Below are positions 26,407-36,619 of a stretch of DNA of 64,000 nt, one piece after another. Source of the stretch: Candidatus Daviesbacteria bacterium. GTDB lineage: Bacteria; Patescibacteriota; Microgenomatia; Daviesbacterales; UBA10151. The position numbers and the translations under genes were made by a program. Position 1 is the first letter of the stretch. Each line of letters opens with the position of its first letter. The notes beneath the pieces are model-generated. The model searched no databases. It saw only the letters and a program-made list of their open reading frames with translations, and had not been told where the DNA came from. The stretch is taken from positions 418,634 through 482,633 of the forward strand of contig JAQTZF010000001.1 in the NCBI GenBank assembly GCA_028687915.1, written 5' to 3'.

Positions 26407-27916
26407 TAAAGTCCGGTCCTTTTTAATACAAGATATTCAGAAATATAAATTTCATTATTTTTTGGTAGCTGGTTTATTGGTTTGTGCGTTTGTTTTACGA
26501 GTTTGGAGGATTGATCAATTGCTTGGTTTTTACTTTGATCAAGGGAGAGATGCACTTGTAGTTAATGAAATCATCCAGGGGAACTTAACTTTGATTGGTC
26601 CCACAACAGCTATAGAAGGGATTTTTTTAGGACCCTTTTATTATTACATACTTGCTGTTGGTTATCTTATTGGGCAGGGTAGTCCGGTGATTGCCTCGTA
26701 TTGGCAGACCATAATAATTTTACTGGGGTATTTTGTGACTTTTTTGATAGCTCGAATTTATTTTTCGCTTAGAGTTGGTTTAATTACGCTTTTTTTAATG
26801 ACTTTTTCATTTTCACAAATAAAGTTAGATCGTTGGTTATCAAATCCCACACCAACTATGTTATTTTCTCCCCTGGTGGTACTTTCTTTATTGTTAAGTT
26901 TTAAAACACCTCGTATATTCTTGCCTTTGACAGCATTTTTCTCAGGAATATTATTACAGCTTGAAGCCTCAAGCAGTTTTGCTTTAATGCTAATAACACT
27001 AATATTCATCTTTGTTTTTAGAAAAAAATTTACTCTTACTTCGATGTTGCTTTCGGCTTTAGCATTTTTTATAACACTATTACCACAGATTCTTTTTGAA
27101 ATAAAACATAATTTCTTAATTACAAAGTCATTTTTAAGCTTTTTAAGCGGAAAAGTACAAACTGAAGGCCAGTCTACTTTTAGGATTCCTATTGACCTAA
27201 CCTTTCAAAATAGAGTTGATCTTTATTCAATAACTTTTTTAGAGAAGTTAAAGTTAAATTATGATCTTACCTTTAGTTTCGTTTTTGTCATTTTTTTAAT
27301 AGTTTCATTATTTTTTGTAATAAAGAATTGGTCAAATCCGGCAATTAAATTAATTGCATTCTGGTTTTATGGGCTACTATTATTTTTCTTATTTTATAGC
27401 GGTAACTATGGCATAATTAATAATTATTATTTCTTCCCGATATTTCCCTTATTTTTTATCTTGATTGCTCTTATTCTAAATTGGATGTTTAAAAATAGAT
27501 TTTTGAAACCAATTGTAATTATCTTACTGGCCCTCTTTTTATATGATCAATTACCAATGTCTTTAAGCTATATATCCAGTGGGGTAGATGGGCATACAAC
27601 AATTGCTTTGGGTAATCAGGCTAAGGCGGTTGAATATATTATTAATGATTCTGGTGAGCAGGCATATAACTGGGATGCTTATGTTCCTCCTGTTATACCC
27701 TATACATATACTTATTTATTCAAATATTATGGAAATAGGTATAACCGGATGCCATCAGAACAGATAACCGACAATTTGTATACTATTCATGAGGTAGATA
27801 TATCTATACCGGAAAGAGAAAGTGCTTGGTTAAAAAGACAAGATGAAATTGGTACAATAATAGATACAAAAAATTTTGGTGGAATTACAGTAGAAAAACG
27901 GCAAAGAATAAAATGA
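26390..27916 (+). CDS. Polytopic membrane GT-C-like glycosyltransferase, paralog family A
   Basis: 508 aa. FDQGRDALVVNEII...IGPTTAIEGIFLGPFYYY is present. There is a 17-nt overlap with the upstream paralog. Confidence 0.6.
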   Translation: MKKVFNKVRSFLIQDIQKYKFHYFLVAGLLVCAFVLRVWRIDQLLGFYFDQGRDALVVNEIIQGNLTLIGPTTAIEGIFLGPFYYYILAVGYLIGQGSPVIASYWQTIIILLGYFVTFLIARIYFSLRVGLITLFLMTFSFSQIKLDRWLSNPTPTMLFSPLVVLSLLLSFKTPRIFLPLTAFFSGILLQLEASSSFALMLITLIFIFVFRKKFTLTSMLLSALAFFITLLPQILFEIKHNFLITKSFLSFLSGKVQTEGQSTFRIPIDLTFQNRVDLYSITFLEKLKLNYDLTFSFVFVIFLIVSLFFVIKNWSNPAIKLIAFWFYGLLLFFLFYSGNYGIINNYYFFPIFPLFFILIALILNWMFKNRFLKPIVIILLALFLYDQLPMSLSYISSGVDGHTTIALGNQAKAVEYIINDSGEQAYNWDAYVPPVIPYTYTYLFKYYGNRYNRMPSEQITDNLYTIHEVDISIPERESAWLKRQDEIGTIIDTKNFGGITVEKRQRIK

Positions 27917-28656
27917 AAAATATGAAACTATCAATAGTAATACCGGCTTACAATGAAGCTAAAAACTTAAAAAGAGGTGTTTTGGATGACGTTTATGATT
28001 ACCTTAAAAATCAAAACTATAATTATGAGGTTTTGATTGTTGATGATGGTTCCAGTGATTCGACAGTTAAATTGGTTGAAGCCGAGATTAAAAATAAAAA
28101 AGGCATTCGGTTAATTAAAAACCAACATGGAGGTAAAGCTATTACAGTAATTACTGGTTTATTAGAAAGTATAGGGGATATTGTTTTGTTTACAGATATG
28201 GATCAAGCTACTCCTTTAAATCAGATTGAGAAAATATTTCCAAAGTTTGATAATGGTTTTGATATTGTAATTGGTTCAAGGAAAGGAAGAGAAGGCGCAC
28301 CTCCTATTCGAAAATTAATGGGATGGAGTTTTTCTGTGCTTCGTGGATTAATGCTTGGTTTACCATTTACTGACACGCAGTGTGGATTTAAAGCTTTTAA
28401 TAAAAAATCTATAAAAGTAATTTTTCCGGATCTTTTAAAAAGTTGGAAAAACATAAAAGCAAGTGGTTCTGCAGTAAATGCTGGCTTTGATGTTGAGACA
28501 TTATTTATTGCCAGAAAAAAAGGTTTTAAAATCGCCGAAGTTTTAGTTGACTGGAGACATGTTGGTTCGGAAAGAGTTCAGGCAGTTAAAGACTCGCTTG
28601 AAGCATTGAAGGATATGGTGCGTATTAAAGTTAATGATATCCAAGGAAAATATTAA
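27913..28656 (+). CDS. GT2 glycosyltransferase, Dpm1-like
   Basis: 247 aa. SIVIPAYNEAKNL, VDDGSSDST and DXD FTDMDQATP are present. There is a 4-nt overlap with the upstream gene. Confidence 0.75.
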   Translation: MKNMKLSIVIPAYNEAKNLKRGVLDDVYDYLKNQNYNYEVLIVDDGSSDSTVKLVEAEIKNKKGIRLIKNQHGGKAITVITGLLESIGDIVLFTDMDQATPLNQIEKIFPKFDNGFDIVIGSRKGREGAPPIRKLMGWSFSVLRGLMLGLPFTDTQCGFKAFNKKSIKVIFPDLLKSWKNIKASGSAVNAGFDVETLFIARKKGFKIAEVLVDWRHVGSERVQAVKDSLEALKDMVRIKVNDIQGKY

Positions 28657-30022
28657 TCGTCTGTTTGCATATAAAGCAGACATAATAAGTGTTTTGCTAC
28701 TTACTCTTACCCTGCCCCTTTTTTTCTATAATCTCGGTCAAACTTCTTTAGGAAGTTGGGATGAGGCTTGGTATGCAGAAATTGCAAAAAATATAATAAG
28801 AACCGGTGACTTTTTGAATTTAACTTGGAATGGTTCTCCTTATTATGATCACCCGCCTTTTGGCTTTTGGTTAATAGCCATCTCAATGAAGATATTTGGA
28901 TTTAGTGAATTTTGGGTTAGGTTTCCATCTGCATTAGTGGGTTTTATGGGTATTATTGCCACTTACTTTTTAGGTAAAGAATTATTTAATCGGGTAGTAG
29001 GGTTTTCTTCTGCTTTAGCATTAGCCTCTTCGTTTTGGTTTATTTACAGAGCCAGGTCAGGTAATTTAGACGTATTTTTAACTGTGCTTTTTATCAGTAC
29101 AATTTTATTTGCATTAAAAGCTGCTAAGTCTAAATATTATTTAGTGCCATTTGTAATAACTATATCTGCCTTATTTTTAACAAAAACATTGATTCCTTTT
29201 ACAATAATTCCTTCTATTCTATTGATATTTTGGAAAAGTAAGTATTCTTTGAAGGAATTAATTGCTCCAGTTGTATCTTTTTTGATTATAGTTGGTGGCT
29301 GGGTAATCATACAGATGATCAATAATCCAGCTTTTTTAACCAGGTATTTTTCTATAGGTATGCCTGGTGTACAAATAAAAACTTCTTATTTAGACAATTT
29401 AAAGTTAAGTAAGGAATACTTGCATAATGGTATCGGTAAATGGTTTTGGCCAGGATTCTTTTCTGTTTTAGGTACAACATTCTTATTCCAGAAAAGGTTT
29501 TATATCCTAATTATTTTTATAACAATATTTTATATACCGTTTATTTTTTCATCCAAGGGACACATTTGGCATTTGGTGCCACTTTATCCCTTTATGATTA
29601 TGGTTTTCTTTGGTTTTATATTTGTAGTTTTAGAAAGAGTAGTTAGAGTTAAAAATATCATTTATGTGATAATATTTTCTATTGCTTTATATACGTCCTT
29701 GATTCAGATAAGACAACTTTGGTATCAGTTCATAGATATTTCTGCCTATACTTCAGATGAGGAAATTTTATCAGCTAAAGCAGGGGGCTTTACGGAGGAC
29801 TTCTTTATTGATGAGAATTTTGGGCCAGCTGCTGTGTTTTATTCAGGTAAAAATGTTACTAAAGTAGGAAATCCTAATTTGCAGGATTTTTTTAATGAGC
29901 AAAAAAGTTTTATACTTATTACTACTAAAAATCGCCTTGATCAAGCTGACATATCTGGTCCTCAATACCGTATAATAGCAAAGGATCGGGATAAAATTTT
30001 AATTTTAAAACAAGATGAGTAG
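28634..30022 (+). CDS. ArnT/PMT-like (GT39/GT83-type, PMT_2-like) polyprenyl-phosphate-sugar-dependent membrane glycosyltransferase, paralog family B
   Basis: 462 aa. After TM1 comes LGSWDEAWYAEIAKNIIRTGDF...YYDHPPFGFWLIAISMKIFGFSEFWVRFPSALVG. This is the DE-x-x-YA motif plus the conserved loop architecture of ArnT/PMT family enzymes. Confidence 0.7.
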   Translation: MISKENINRLFAYKADIISVLLLTLTLPLFFYNLGQTSLGSWDEAWYAEIAKNIIRTGDFLNLTWNGSPYYDHPPFGFWLIAISMKIFGFSEFWVRFPSALVGFMGIIATYFLGKELFNRVVGFSSALALASSFWFIYRARSGNLDVFLTVLFISTILFALKAAKSKYYLVPFVITISALFLTKTLIPFTIIPSILLIFWKSKYSLKELIAPVVSFLIIVGGWVIIQMINNPAFLTRYFSIGMPGVQIKTSYLDNLKLSKEYLHNGIGKWFWPGFFSVLGTTFLFQKRFYILIIFITIFYIPFIFSSKGHIWHLVPLYPFMIMVFFGFIFVVLERVVRVKNIIYVIIFSIALYTSLIQIRQLWYQFIDISAYTSDEEILSAKAGGFTEDFFIDENFGPAAVFYSGKNVTKVGNPNLQDFFNEQKSFILITTKNRLDQADISGPQYRIIAKDRDKILILKQDE

Positions 30023-31544
30023 GTTTTTGATACATAACAGAAATATTCTTTTCATATTTGGTTTATTGGTTATCGTCTATTTTATTTTAAGATTACCCAA
30101 TTTAACCATACAGCCTATTTTTGCTGATGAGGCAATCTATATTAGGTGGGCGCAGATTATGAAAGCAGAGCCCACACTTCGCTTTATTTCACTTACAGAT
30201 GGTAAAACACCACTATTTATGTGGGCTATGATTCCACTATTTAAGTTTATTAATGATCCTTTAATGGCGGGTAGGCTTTTGTCTGTTTTTTCTGGGTTGG
30301 GCACTTTGCTCGGAGTGATCTTTTTATGTTGGAGGTTTTTTGATAAATCAACTGCTTTTTGGGCAGCATTATTAATTGTAATTACACCATTTGTTGTTTT
30401 TTTTGACCGAATGGCATTGGTAGATTCGATGCTTGCGGCATTTTCTATATGGGCGTTAAATTTTTCTCTGCTTTTAATTAGAAATCCCCGTTTTGATTTA
30501 AGCATGGTACTAGGTTATATATTGGGGGGCGGGATGCTTACAAAAACTCCAGGTTTATTTAACGTAATTATGCTGCCTGTAGCTTTTTTGACATTTATCT
30601 GGTCAGCTGCTAATTGGCAAAAAACATTTTTAAAAACCTTAATGTTTTTTATTATTTCAGCAGCTATTGCGATGGGTGTTTACAACCTGCTTAGATTAGG
30701 AGTAGGTTTTTCGAGTTTGTCTTCCAGGAACCAGGATTATATTTTCCCTTTTAGTAGGTTGCTAAGTACCCCCCTTGATCCTTTTATACCGCATTTAAAA
30801 GATTTAGCAGATTGGTTTCCAAAGTTGTTTACTCCGCCTATATTATTATTTGTTTTTCTAGGCATAGCCTTTGTACTAATTAAAAGAAACAAGGTGGCTT
30901 TGGTGGTTTTATTGTGGCTTTTAGGCCCATTGGTGGCAGAACTATTACTTTTACAAACATTCACAGCCAGATACATTTTATCATCGGTTGCACCGTTACT
31001 TTGCTTAGCTGGCTGGGGAATTAGTCAGCTTACTACGCAAATTAAATTTAAAAAAGAAGTGGTTAACGCAGCAATATTTGCAGTTATAGTGCCAATGGCA
31101 TTAATTTTTAATTATTGGTTAATAACAGATCCAGCTAAAGCTGATTTGCCACGAGAAGAAAGAATAGGGTATTTTGAGGATTGGACAGCAGGTTATGGTT
31201 TTTCAGAAATTGCTAATTTCCTTATGCAGGAGGCTCAAAAAGGCTTAGTTATAGTGGGTACTGAGGGAAGTTTTGGCACACTCCCTGATGGTCTAGCTAT
31301 TTATCTGGATAAATATTCTCATACCTCAGGTGTTAATAAAATCGTAATTTTAGGTGGAAGGCCAGAAATATCTGATGTACTACGTAATGCAGCAGAAGAA
31401 GGACCAGTTTATTTTATTGCAAACAGATCCCGGGTGAGACAAAATCCTACCAATACAGAACTAGTCAAAGAGTATCCAAAAGCAAGTTATCCAGGTGCTT
31501 TTCAGGATGCTATTTTAGTCTTTAAAGTGCTTCCAAGCCAATGA
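30015..31544 (+). CDS. ArnT/PMT-like membrane glycosyltransferase, paralog family B
   Basis: 509 aa. FADEAIYIRWAQIM...TPLFMW...AGRLLSVFSG is present. There is an 8-nt overlap with the upstream gene. Confidence 0.65.
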   Translation: MSRFLIHNRNILFIFGLLVIVYFILRLPNLTIQPIFADEAIYIRWAQIMKAEPTLRFISLTDGKTPLFMWAMIPLFKFINDPLMAGRLLSVFSGLGTLLGVIFLCWRFFDKSTAFWAALLIVITPFVVFFDRMALVDSMLAAFSIWALNFSLLLIRNPRFDLSMVLGYILGGGMLTKTPGLFNVIMLPVAFLTFIWSAANWQKTFLKTLMFFIISAAIAMGVYNLLRLGVGFSSLSSRNQDYIFPFSRLLSTPLDPFIPHLKDLADWFPKLFTPPILLFVFLGIAFVLIKRNKVALVVLLWLLGPLVAELLLLQTFTARYILSSVAPLLCLAGWGISQLTTQIKFKKEVVNAAIFAVIVPMALIFNYWLITDPAKADLPREERIGYFEDWTAGYGFSEIANFLMQEAQKGLVIVGTEGSFGTLPDGLAIYLDKYSHTSGVNKIVILGGRPEISDVLRNAAEEGPVYFIANRSRVRQNPTNTELVKEYPKASYPGAFQDAILVFKVLPSQ

Positions 31545-31563
31545 CTTTCCCTAGTATGATGAT

Positions 31564-33252
31564 ATGAAAAAAATAGTAGATTTATATAAAAGTCCTTTAG
31601 CTATCTTTGTATTATTAATTGTATTCACTGTACCCAGCTTTTTTCCACTGCTTCGCCCAGGATTTTTTCCAATGCAGGATGATTTGCAAGCGTTTAGAAT
31701 CCAGCAAATGGATAAGTGCTTTGCTGATTTTCAAATTCCCTGCCGTTGGGTGCCTGATGCTGGCTATCAGTATGGTTACCCGCAGTTTATATATTATCCG
31801 CCGAGTGTATATTATTTAGGCGAATTCTTTCATTTAATAGGCTTTCAGATTATAGATGCAGTAAAAATATTATTTATTTTAGGATTTGTTTTAGCAGCCA
31901 TCACAATGTTTATTCTTCTTAGGAGCTTGTTTGGTATTTTTCCGGCGTTTGTTGGCAGTCTTTTATATACATATGCTCCGTATCGTGCGGTGGATGTATA
32001 TGTTAGGGGAGCTATGAGTGAATTTTGGTCATTTGTTTTTTTTCCACTAATTTTTTGGTCTCTTTATAAATTAATTAAATCAAACAAGAATAAATACCTT
32101 ATCTGGACAGCTATTTCGATTGGGTTGTTGCTTCTTACACACAATTTGATGTCTCTAATCTTTATTCCAATTTCTGCAATTTGGGGAATATTCTGGATTG
32201 TTTTAGAAAGAAATTGGAAAGTGCTTCCTAGAGTTATTTTTGCAGGGTTATTAGGATTGGTTTTGGCTGCGTTTTTTACTTTACCTGTGGTCTTTGAAAA
32301 ACAATACGCGCATACAGAATCAATGCTAGGGGGGTATTTTGATTATAGGCAGCATTTTGTGGATATTAATCAGCTGTTTTTATCTAATCATTGGGGTTAC
32401 GGTTCTTCCTGGCTGGGGCCAAATGATAACTTAGACCTCTCAACGGGGACTGTGCATGCAGCAGCAGGGCTTTTGGCATTATTTTGTGCAATATATTTTT
32501 ATAAAAAAAATAGAAGAATTGCTTTATTAACTATAGTTTTGTTTGTTGTAGACCTTTTTGTTCTTTTTATGACACATCAAAAATCCAGCTTTATTTGGGA
32601 TTTTTTACCACCACTTTGGTATCTACAATTTCCATGGAGATTATTGGCTAATAGTGTCTTTATTCTTTCAGTGCTTTCTGCCATAGCGATATATTTACTT
32701 AAAAACAAGGAGCTGAAAGTAATATTAGGTGTTCTTCTAATATCCTTAGTGATGGTTATGCACCTAAGTTTTTTTCAACCTTCCAGATGGCTTGAGATGT
32801 CCGATCAGGAAAAATTTTCGGGGAAAAGTTGGGAGAAACAATTAACTGTCAGTATTTTTGATTATCTACCAATCTATGCTAAGCTTCCACCTACTAGTAG
32901 AGCACCTGATTTCCCCGAAATTATGGATGGAAAAACAAACTTTTTAAGTTATAAAAAGGGAAGTGATTTTCAAATTGGAAAAGTAGTAGTAGAAAATAAA
33001 GCAAATTTAAGGCTGCCTTTATTTGATTTTCCTGGTATGGTGGTAACAGTAGATGGGAAAGTGGTTCCTCACTGGCATAATGATTGCAGAAATCAAGAAT
33101 TTTGCTTGGGTCTTATAAGTGTTGATGTCGACTCGGGCGAGCATATAATAGAAGCAAGGTTAAAAAATACTCCAATTAGGGCACTGGGAAATCTGTTAAC
33201 AATTGGTGGAATTATTATCCTGGGTTTATTGTTTTGGAAGAGTAGGGATTAA
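31564..33252 (+). CDS. Polytopic membrane protein, GT-C-like, paralog family C (1 of 3 in tandem)
   Basis: 562 aa. FPMQDDLQAFRIQQMDKCFADFQIPCRWVPDAGYQYGYPQFIYYPP...YAPYRAVDVYVRGAMSEFWSF is shared with the next two ORFs. Confidence 0.55.
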   Translation: MKKIVDLYKSPLAIFVLLIVFTVPSFFPLLRPGFFPMQDDLQAFRIQQMDKCFADFQIPCRWVPDAGYQYGYPQFIYYPPSVYYLGEFFHLIGFQIIDAVKILFILGFVLAAITMFILLRSLFGIFPAFVGSLLYTYAPYRAVDVYVRGAMSEFWSFVFFPLIFWSLYKLIKSNKNKYLIWTAISIGLLLLTHNLMSLIFIPISAIWGIFWIVLERNWKVLPRVIFAGLLGLVLAAFFTLPVVFEKQYAHTESMLGGYFDYRQHFVDINQLFLSNHWGYGSSWLGPNDNLDLSTGTVHAAAGLLALFCAIYFYKKNRRIALLTIVLFVVDLFVLFMTHQKSSFIWDFLPPLWYLQFPWRLLANSVFILSVLSAIAIYLLKNKELKVILGVLLISLVMVMHLSFFQPSRWLEMSDQEKFSGKSWEKQLTVSIFDYLPIYAKLPPTSRAPDFPEIMDGKTNFLSYKKGSDFQIGKVVVENKANLRLPLFDFPGMVVTVDGKVVPHWHNDCRNQEFCLGLISVDVDSGEHIIEARLKNTPIRALGNLLTIGGIIILGLLFWKSRD

Positions 33253-33258
33253 GAAGTT

Positions 33259-34926
33259 ATGAAGAAATTATTTTTGGATTACTGGGTATTTTTATTGTTA
33301 GCTGTTTTTGTGGCCATTATTTCATGGCCACTTTTTCAGCGTGGTTATTTTTCCCATCATGATGATTTACAGGTAATGCGTATTTATGAAATGAGGCGTT
33401 GTTTAACAGATCTTCAAATCCCCTGCCGTTGGGTGCCTGATATGGGTTACGGTAATGGATTTCCACTTTTTAATTACTATAGTGCCCTACCTTATTATAT
33501 AGGAGCACTATTTAGCTTTTTAGTAGGATATATTTGGGCAGCCAAAATTTTATTTTTTATTCCATTGGCTTTGGGTGGTATTTCTATATTTCTATTAGGT
33601 AAAGAATTGTTTGGTAAAATTGCTGGAATAGTTGTTGCAGGATTATTTTTATTGGCTCCTTATAGAGCATTAGAGTTATATGTACGGGGGGCAGTTGCAG
33701 AAAGCTTTGGTCTGGCAATTGTACCATTAGTTTTTTACTTTATTCTTAAATTAATTAGACAAGCGACTTTAAAGAACTTTTTAGGAGTTTCAATTTCTTT
33801 AGCAGCGTTTTTAATTAGTCATAATATTATGACATTGTTTTTTGTACCGATTATTTTTCTTTGGTCAGTATACTTTTTGTATTTAGAAAGACCAAAAAAG
33901 GCATGGCTTTTATTTATAAGTTTAGCATTGGGTTTTGGTTTGGCTTCCTTTTTTATCCTACCGGCATTTTTTGAAAAATTATTAGTCCAGTCAGAAGCTT
34001 TAAAAAGTATGGATCTTAATTATAGGGCGAATTATGTAAGTCTTAACCAAATCTTTTTGGATCGCCATTGGGGATATGGCACCATGATAAATGATAATAT
34101 ATCTTTTCAAATTGGTTGGCCTCACTGGTGGTTAGTTGCAATTACTATTCCATTATTGGGGGTAGGCTTGGTTTTTCGTAAATTAAAGTTCAGGCAGGTT
34201 AGATCAGCACTCTTTCTACTTGTTGTTTTTGTTGCTTCAGTATTCATGACACATAATAGATCTGCCTTTATATGGGAGAGGATCAGTATTTTAGAGTATG
34301 CTCAATTTCCCTGGAGATTTTTATCTTTGATAATTTTTTCTGCAAGCCTAATAGGTGGTTTCTTAATAGCTCTCTTAAAGAATAATAAACAAAGATATTT
34401 TTTAGCACTAGTAATTATTTGTACAACATTACTTCTAAACTGGAGTTATTTTATACCGGAAAAATTTTATCCCAATTTAACTGATCAGGAAAAGTTATCA
34501 GGACGCTTATGGGAAGATCAACAAAAAGCTGCAATTTTAGATTATTTACCCAAAACAGCTTATGAACCCAGAGAGAAGGCTCCTAGTAATCCCATGCTAA
34601 TTTCGGGAAATGCTGAAATTAGTGCATTTTCAAATTATTCAAATAGATGGTCTTTTGAAACAACTGTTAAAAAGCCTTCAACTATTGAGTTGCCTGTTTT
34701 TGACTTTCCTAACTGGCAAGTAAAAGTTAATGGAAAAAATTATCCACATTCAAATCAAAATTATTTAGGTAGGATCAGTATTAATTTGCCTGAAGGAATG
34801 TATAAGGTAGAGGGGTATTTTCATAATACTCCAATTAGAACATTGGCTAATATAGTATCCTTAGTATCCTTATGTCTATTAATTATAATGTCCATTTATG
34901 GTAAATCTAAAAAAATATTTATCTAA
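33259..34926 (+). CDS. Polytopic membrane protein, GT-C-like, paralog family C (2 of 3)
   Basis: 555 aa. FSHHDDLQVMRIYEMRRCLTDLQIPCRWVPDMGYGNGFPLFNYY...APYRALELYVRGAVAESFG is present. Confidence 0.55.
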   Translation: MKKLFLDYWVFLLLAVFVAIISWPLFQRGYFSHHDDLQVMRIYEMRRCLTDLQIPCRWVPDMGYGNGFPLFNYYSALPYYIGALFSFLVGYIWAAKILFFIPLALGGISIFLLGKELFGKIAGIVVAGLFLLAPYRALELYVRGAVAESFGLAIVPLVFYFILKLIRQATLKNFLGVSISLAAFLISHNIMTLFFVPIIFLWSVYFLYLERPKKAWLLFISLALGFGLASFFILPAFFEKLLVQSEALKSMDLNYRANYVSLNQIFLDRHWGYGTMINDNISFQIGWPHWWLVAITIPLLGVGLVFRKLKFRQVRSALFLLVVFVASVFMTHNRSAFIWERISILEYAQFPWRFLSLIIFSASLIGGFLIALLKNNKQRYFLALVIICTTLLLNWSYFIPEKFYPNLTDQEKLSGRLWEDQQKAAILDYLPKTAYEPREKAPSNPMLISGNAEISAFSNYSNRWSFETTVKKPSTIELPVFDFPNWQVKVNGKNYPHSNQNYLGRISINLPEGMYKVEGYFHNTPIRTLANIVSLVSLCLLIIMSIYGKSKKIFI

Positions 34927-36595
34927 TCATCTTTGGATTTTAATTGTACCTTTAAGCTTTTTTGCCATAAGGGCACTTTTAGTACCTGGTTTTTATGGTG
35001 CCTCAGATGATTTACATATTGCATGGTTATTTGAACTTGATCGTTTAGTAAAATTGGGTCAATTTCCACCCCGTTTTGTGCCTGATTTAAGTTATAGTTT
35101 TGGGTATCCTTTATTTAATTTTGTGTTTCCATTGCCTTTTTATCTTGCTGAGGTTTTTCATTTAATTGGTTTTAGCTTGGTGGATAGTATTAAAGCAGTA
35201 TTTTTATTGAGTGTGCCCTTATCCGGAGTGTTAATGTATCAATTCTTAAAAACGTTTACTTCAAAAAGTTTAAGTTTAGCTGGCGCTATTATGTACATGT
35301 ATAGCCCGTACAGATCAACAGATATTTATATTAGGGGAGCCATTGGAGAAATAGTTGCTTTTATCTTTTTGCCCCTTGCCGCATTGTCGATTACAAATCT
35401 TTTTGCAAGGAGTAATGACTCTAAACAATTTATAAATCTTCGTTGGATTGGAATTGGAGCTTTTGCTTTTGCTGGCTTAGTTCTAACACATAATATAGCA
35501 GCTTATATGTTTATGCCACTCCTTTTTATTTTAGCAGTAGCAAAATTAATATCCATTAAAAATTATTTACGCAATTTATTAAACTTATTTGCGGCTTTTT
35601 TTCTTGGATTGATGATCAGTCTATATTTTTGGTTACCTGCTATACAGGATAGCAGTTTAATGAAATATGATACTGTTTTTAATTTTGTTGACCATTTCCC
35701 AACCATAAAGCAATTAATAGTGCCTTATTGGGGATATGGGGCTTCTGTTGCTGGTCCAAATGATGGAATGTCATTCTTTCTGGGGATGCCGACCTTGTTT
35801 ATAATTGTAATCGGAATATTTTTGATAGGTCTAGCGTGGAAAAGATTTTCTGGAGACCAAAAAGTTGTTGTTGGCTGGGCAATAGCCTCATTATTAATAG
35901 CACTTATAATGATGAACTTTAGGTCAATATTAATTTGGCAGAAAGTACCATTAATTCCTTTCTTTCAATTTCCGTGGAGATTTTTGATTATTACTACCTT
36001 TGCAGCACCTATTCTGGTAATAGCTTTTGATAAATTAAGATATCGTAATTTTGTAGCTCTAGTTATTTTAATATTAGTTTTAATTACCAACTTTAGTTCC
36101 TTTCACCCACAAGATTATTTAGGAAGGGGAGATAGCTATTATTTGAATAAATATATTCCATTGTCTATTGCTAGTGAAGAATACTCAAAAACACAAGAAG
36201 AATATCTTAGGTTGCCGCTTGGTACTGTACAAAGGCCGGATAAAATATATCCGAGGGTTTTTCCGCAAACAGGTCAAATTATACAAGTTAAGGAGCTGGA
36301 TAGCTTAACTGCATTAATCGACACTAATTCAAACGAAAAGTTTACACTAAATTATAATAAATATTATTTTCCTGGTTGGTATGCAACAATTGATAACCAG
36401 GATGCTGATATTTCTGCAGGGGCTCCTTTTGGACAAATTCAAGTTGCAGTTCCTTCGGGAAGTCATGTAATAAAGATTGGCTTTGCTGAAACCAAACAAA
36501 AAATATTCTTAGATATAATTTCTGTTGTGGGTATCATTATTGCTGTTTTGTGTTGTATTAATCCAGATATGATCAAAAAGTGGAAGACAACATAG
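34898..36595 (+). CDS. Polytopic membrane protein, GT-C-like, paralog family C (3 of 3)
   Basis: 565 aa. ASDDLHIAWLFELDRLVKLGQFPPRFVPDLSYSFGYPLFNFVFP...SPYRSTDIYIRGAIGEIVAF is present. There is a 29-nt overlap with the upstream paralog. Confidence 0.55.
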   Translation: MVNLKKYLSNHLWILIVPLSFFAIRALLVPGFYGASDDLHIAWLFELDRLVKLGQFPPRFVPDLSYSFGYPLFNFVFPLPFYLAEVFHLIGFSLVDSIKAVFLLSVPLSGVLMYQFLKTFTSKSLSLAGAIMYMYSPYRSTDIYIRGAIGEIVAFIFLPLAALSITNLFARSNDSKQFINLRWIGIGAFAFAGLVLTHNIAAYMFMPLLFILAVAKLISIKNYLRNLLNLFAAFFLGLMISLYFWLPAIQDSSLMKYDTVFNFVDHFPTIKQLIVPYWGYGASVAGPNDGMSFFLGMPTLFIIVIGIFLIGLAWKRFSGDQKVVVGWAIASLLIALIMMNFRSILIWQKVPLIPFFQFPWRFLIITTFAAPILVIAFDKLRYRNFVALVILILVLITNFSSFHPQDYLGRGDSYYLNKYIPLSIASEEYSKTQEEYLRLPLGTVQRPDKIYPRVFPQTGQIIQVKELDSLTALIDTNSNEKFTLNYNKYYFPGWYATIDNQDADISAGAPFGQIQVAVPSGSHVIKIGFAETKQKIFLDIISVVGIIIAVLCCINPDMIKKWKTT

Positions 36596-36619
36596 AATGA
36601 ATGTATTATTATTTATTGT

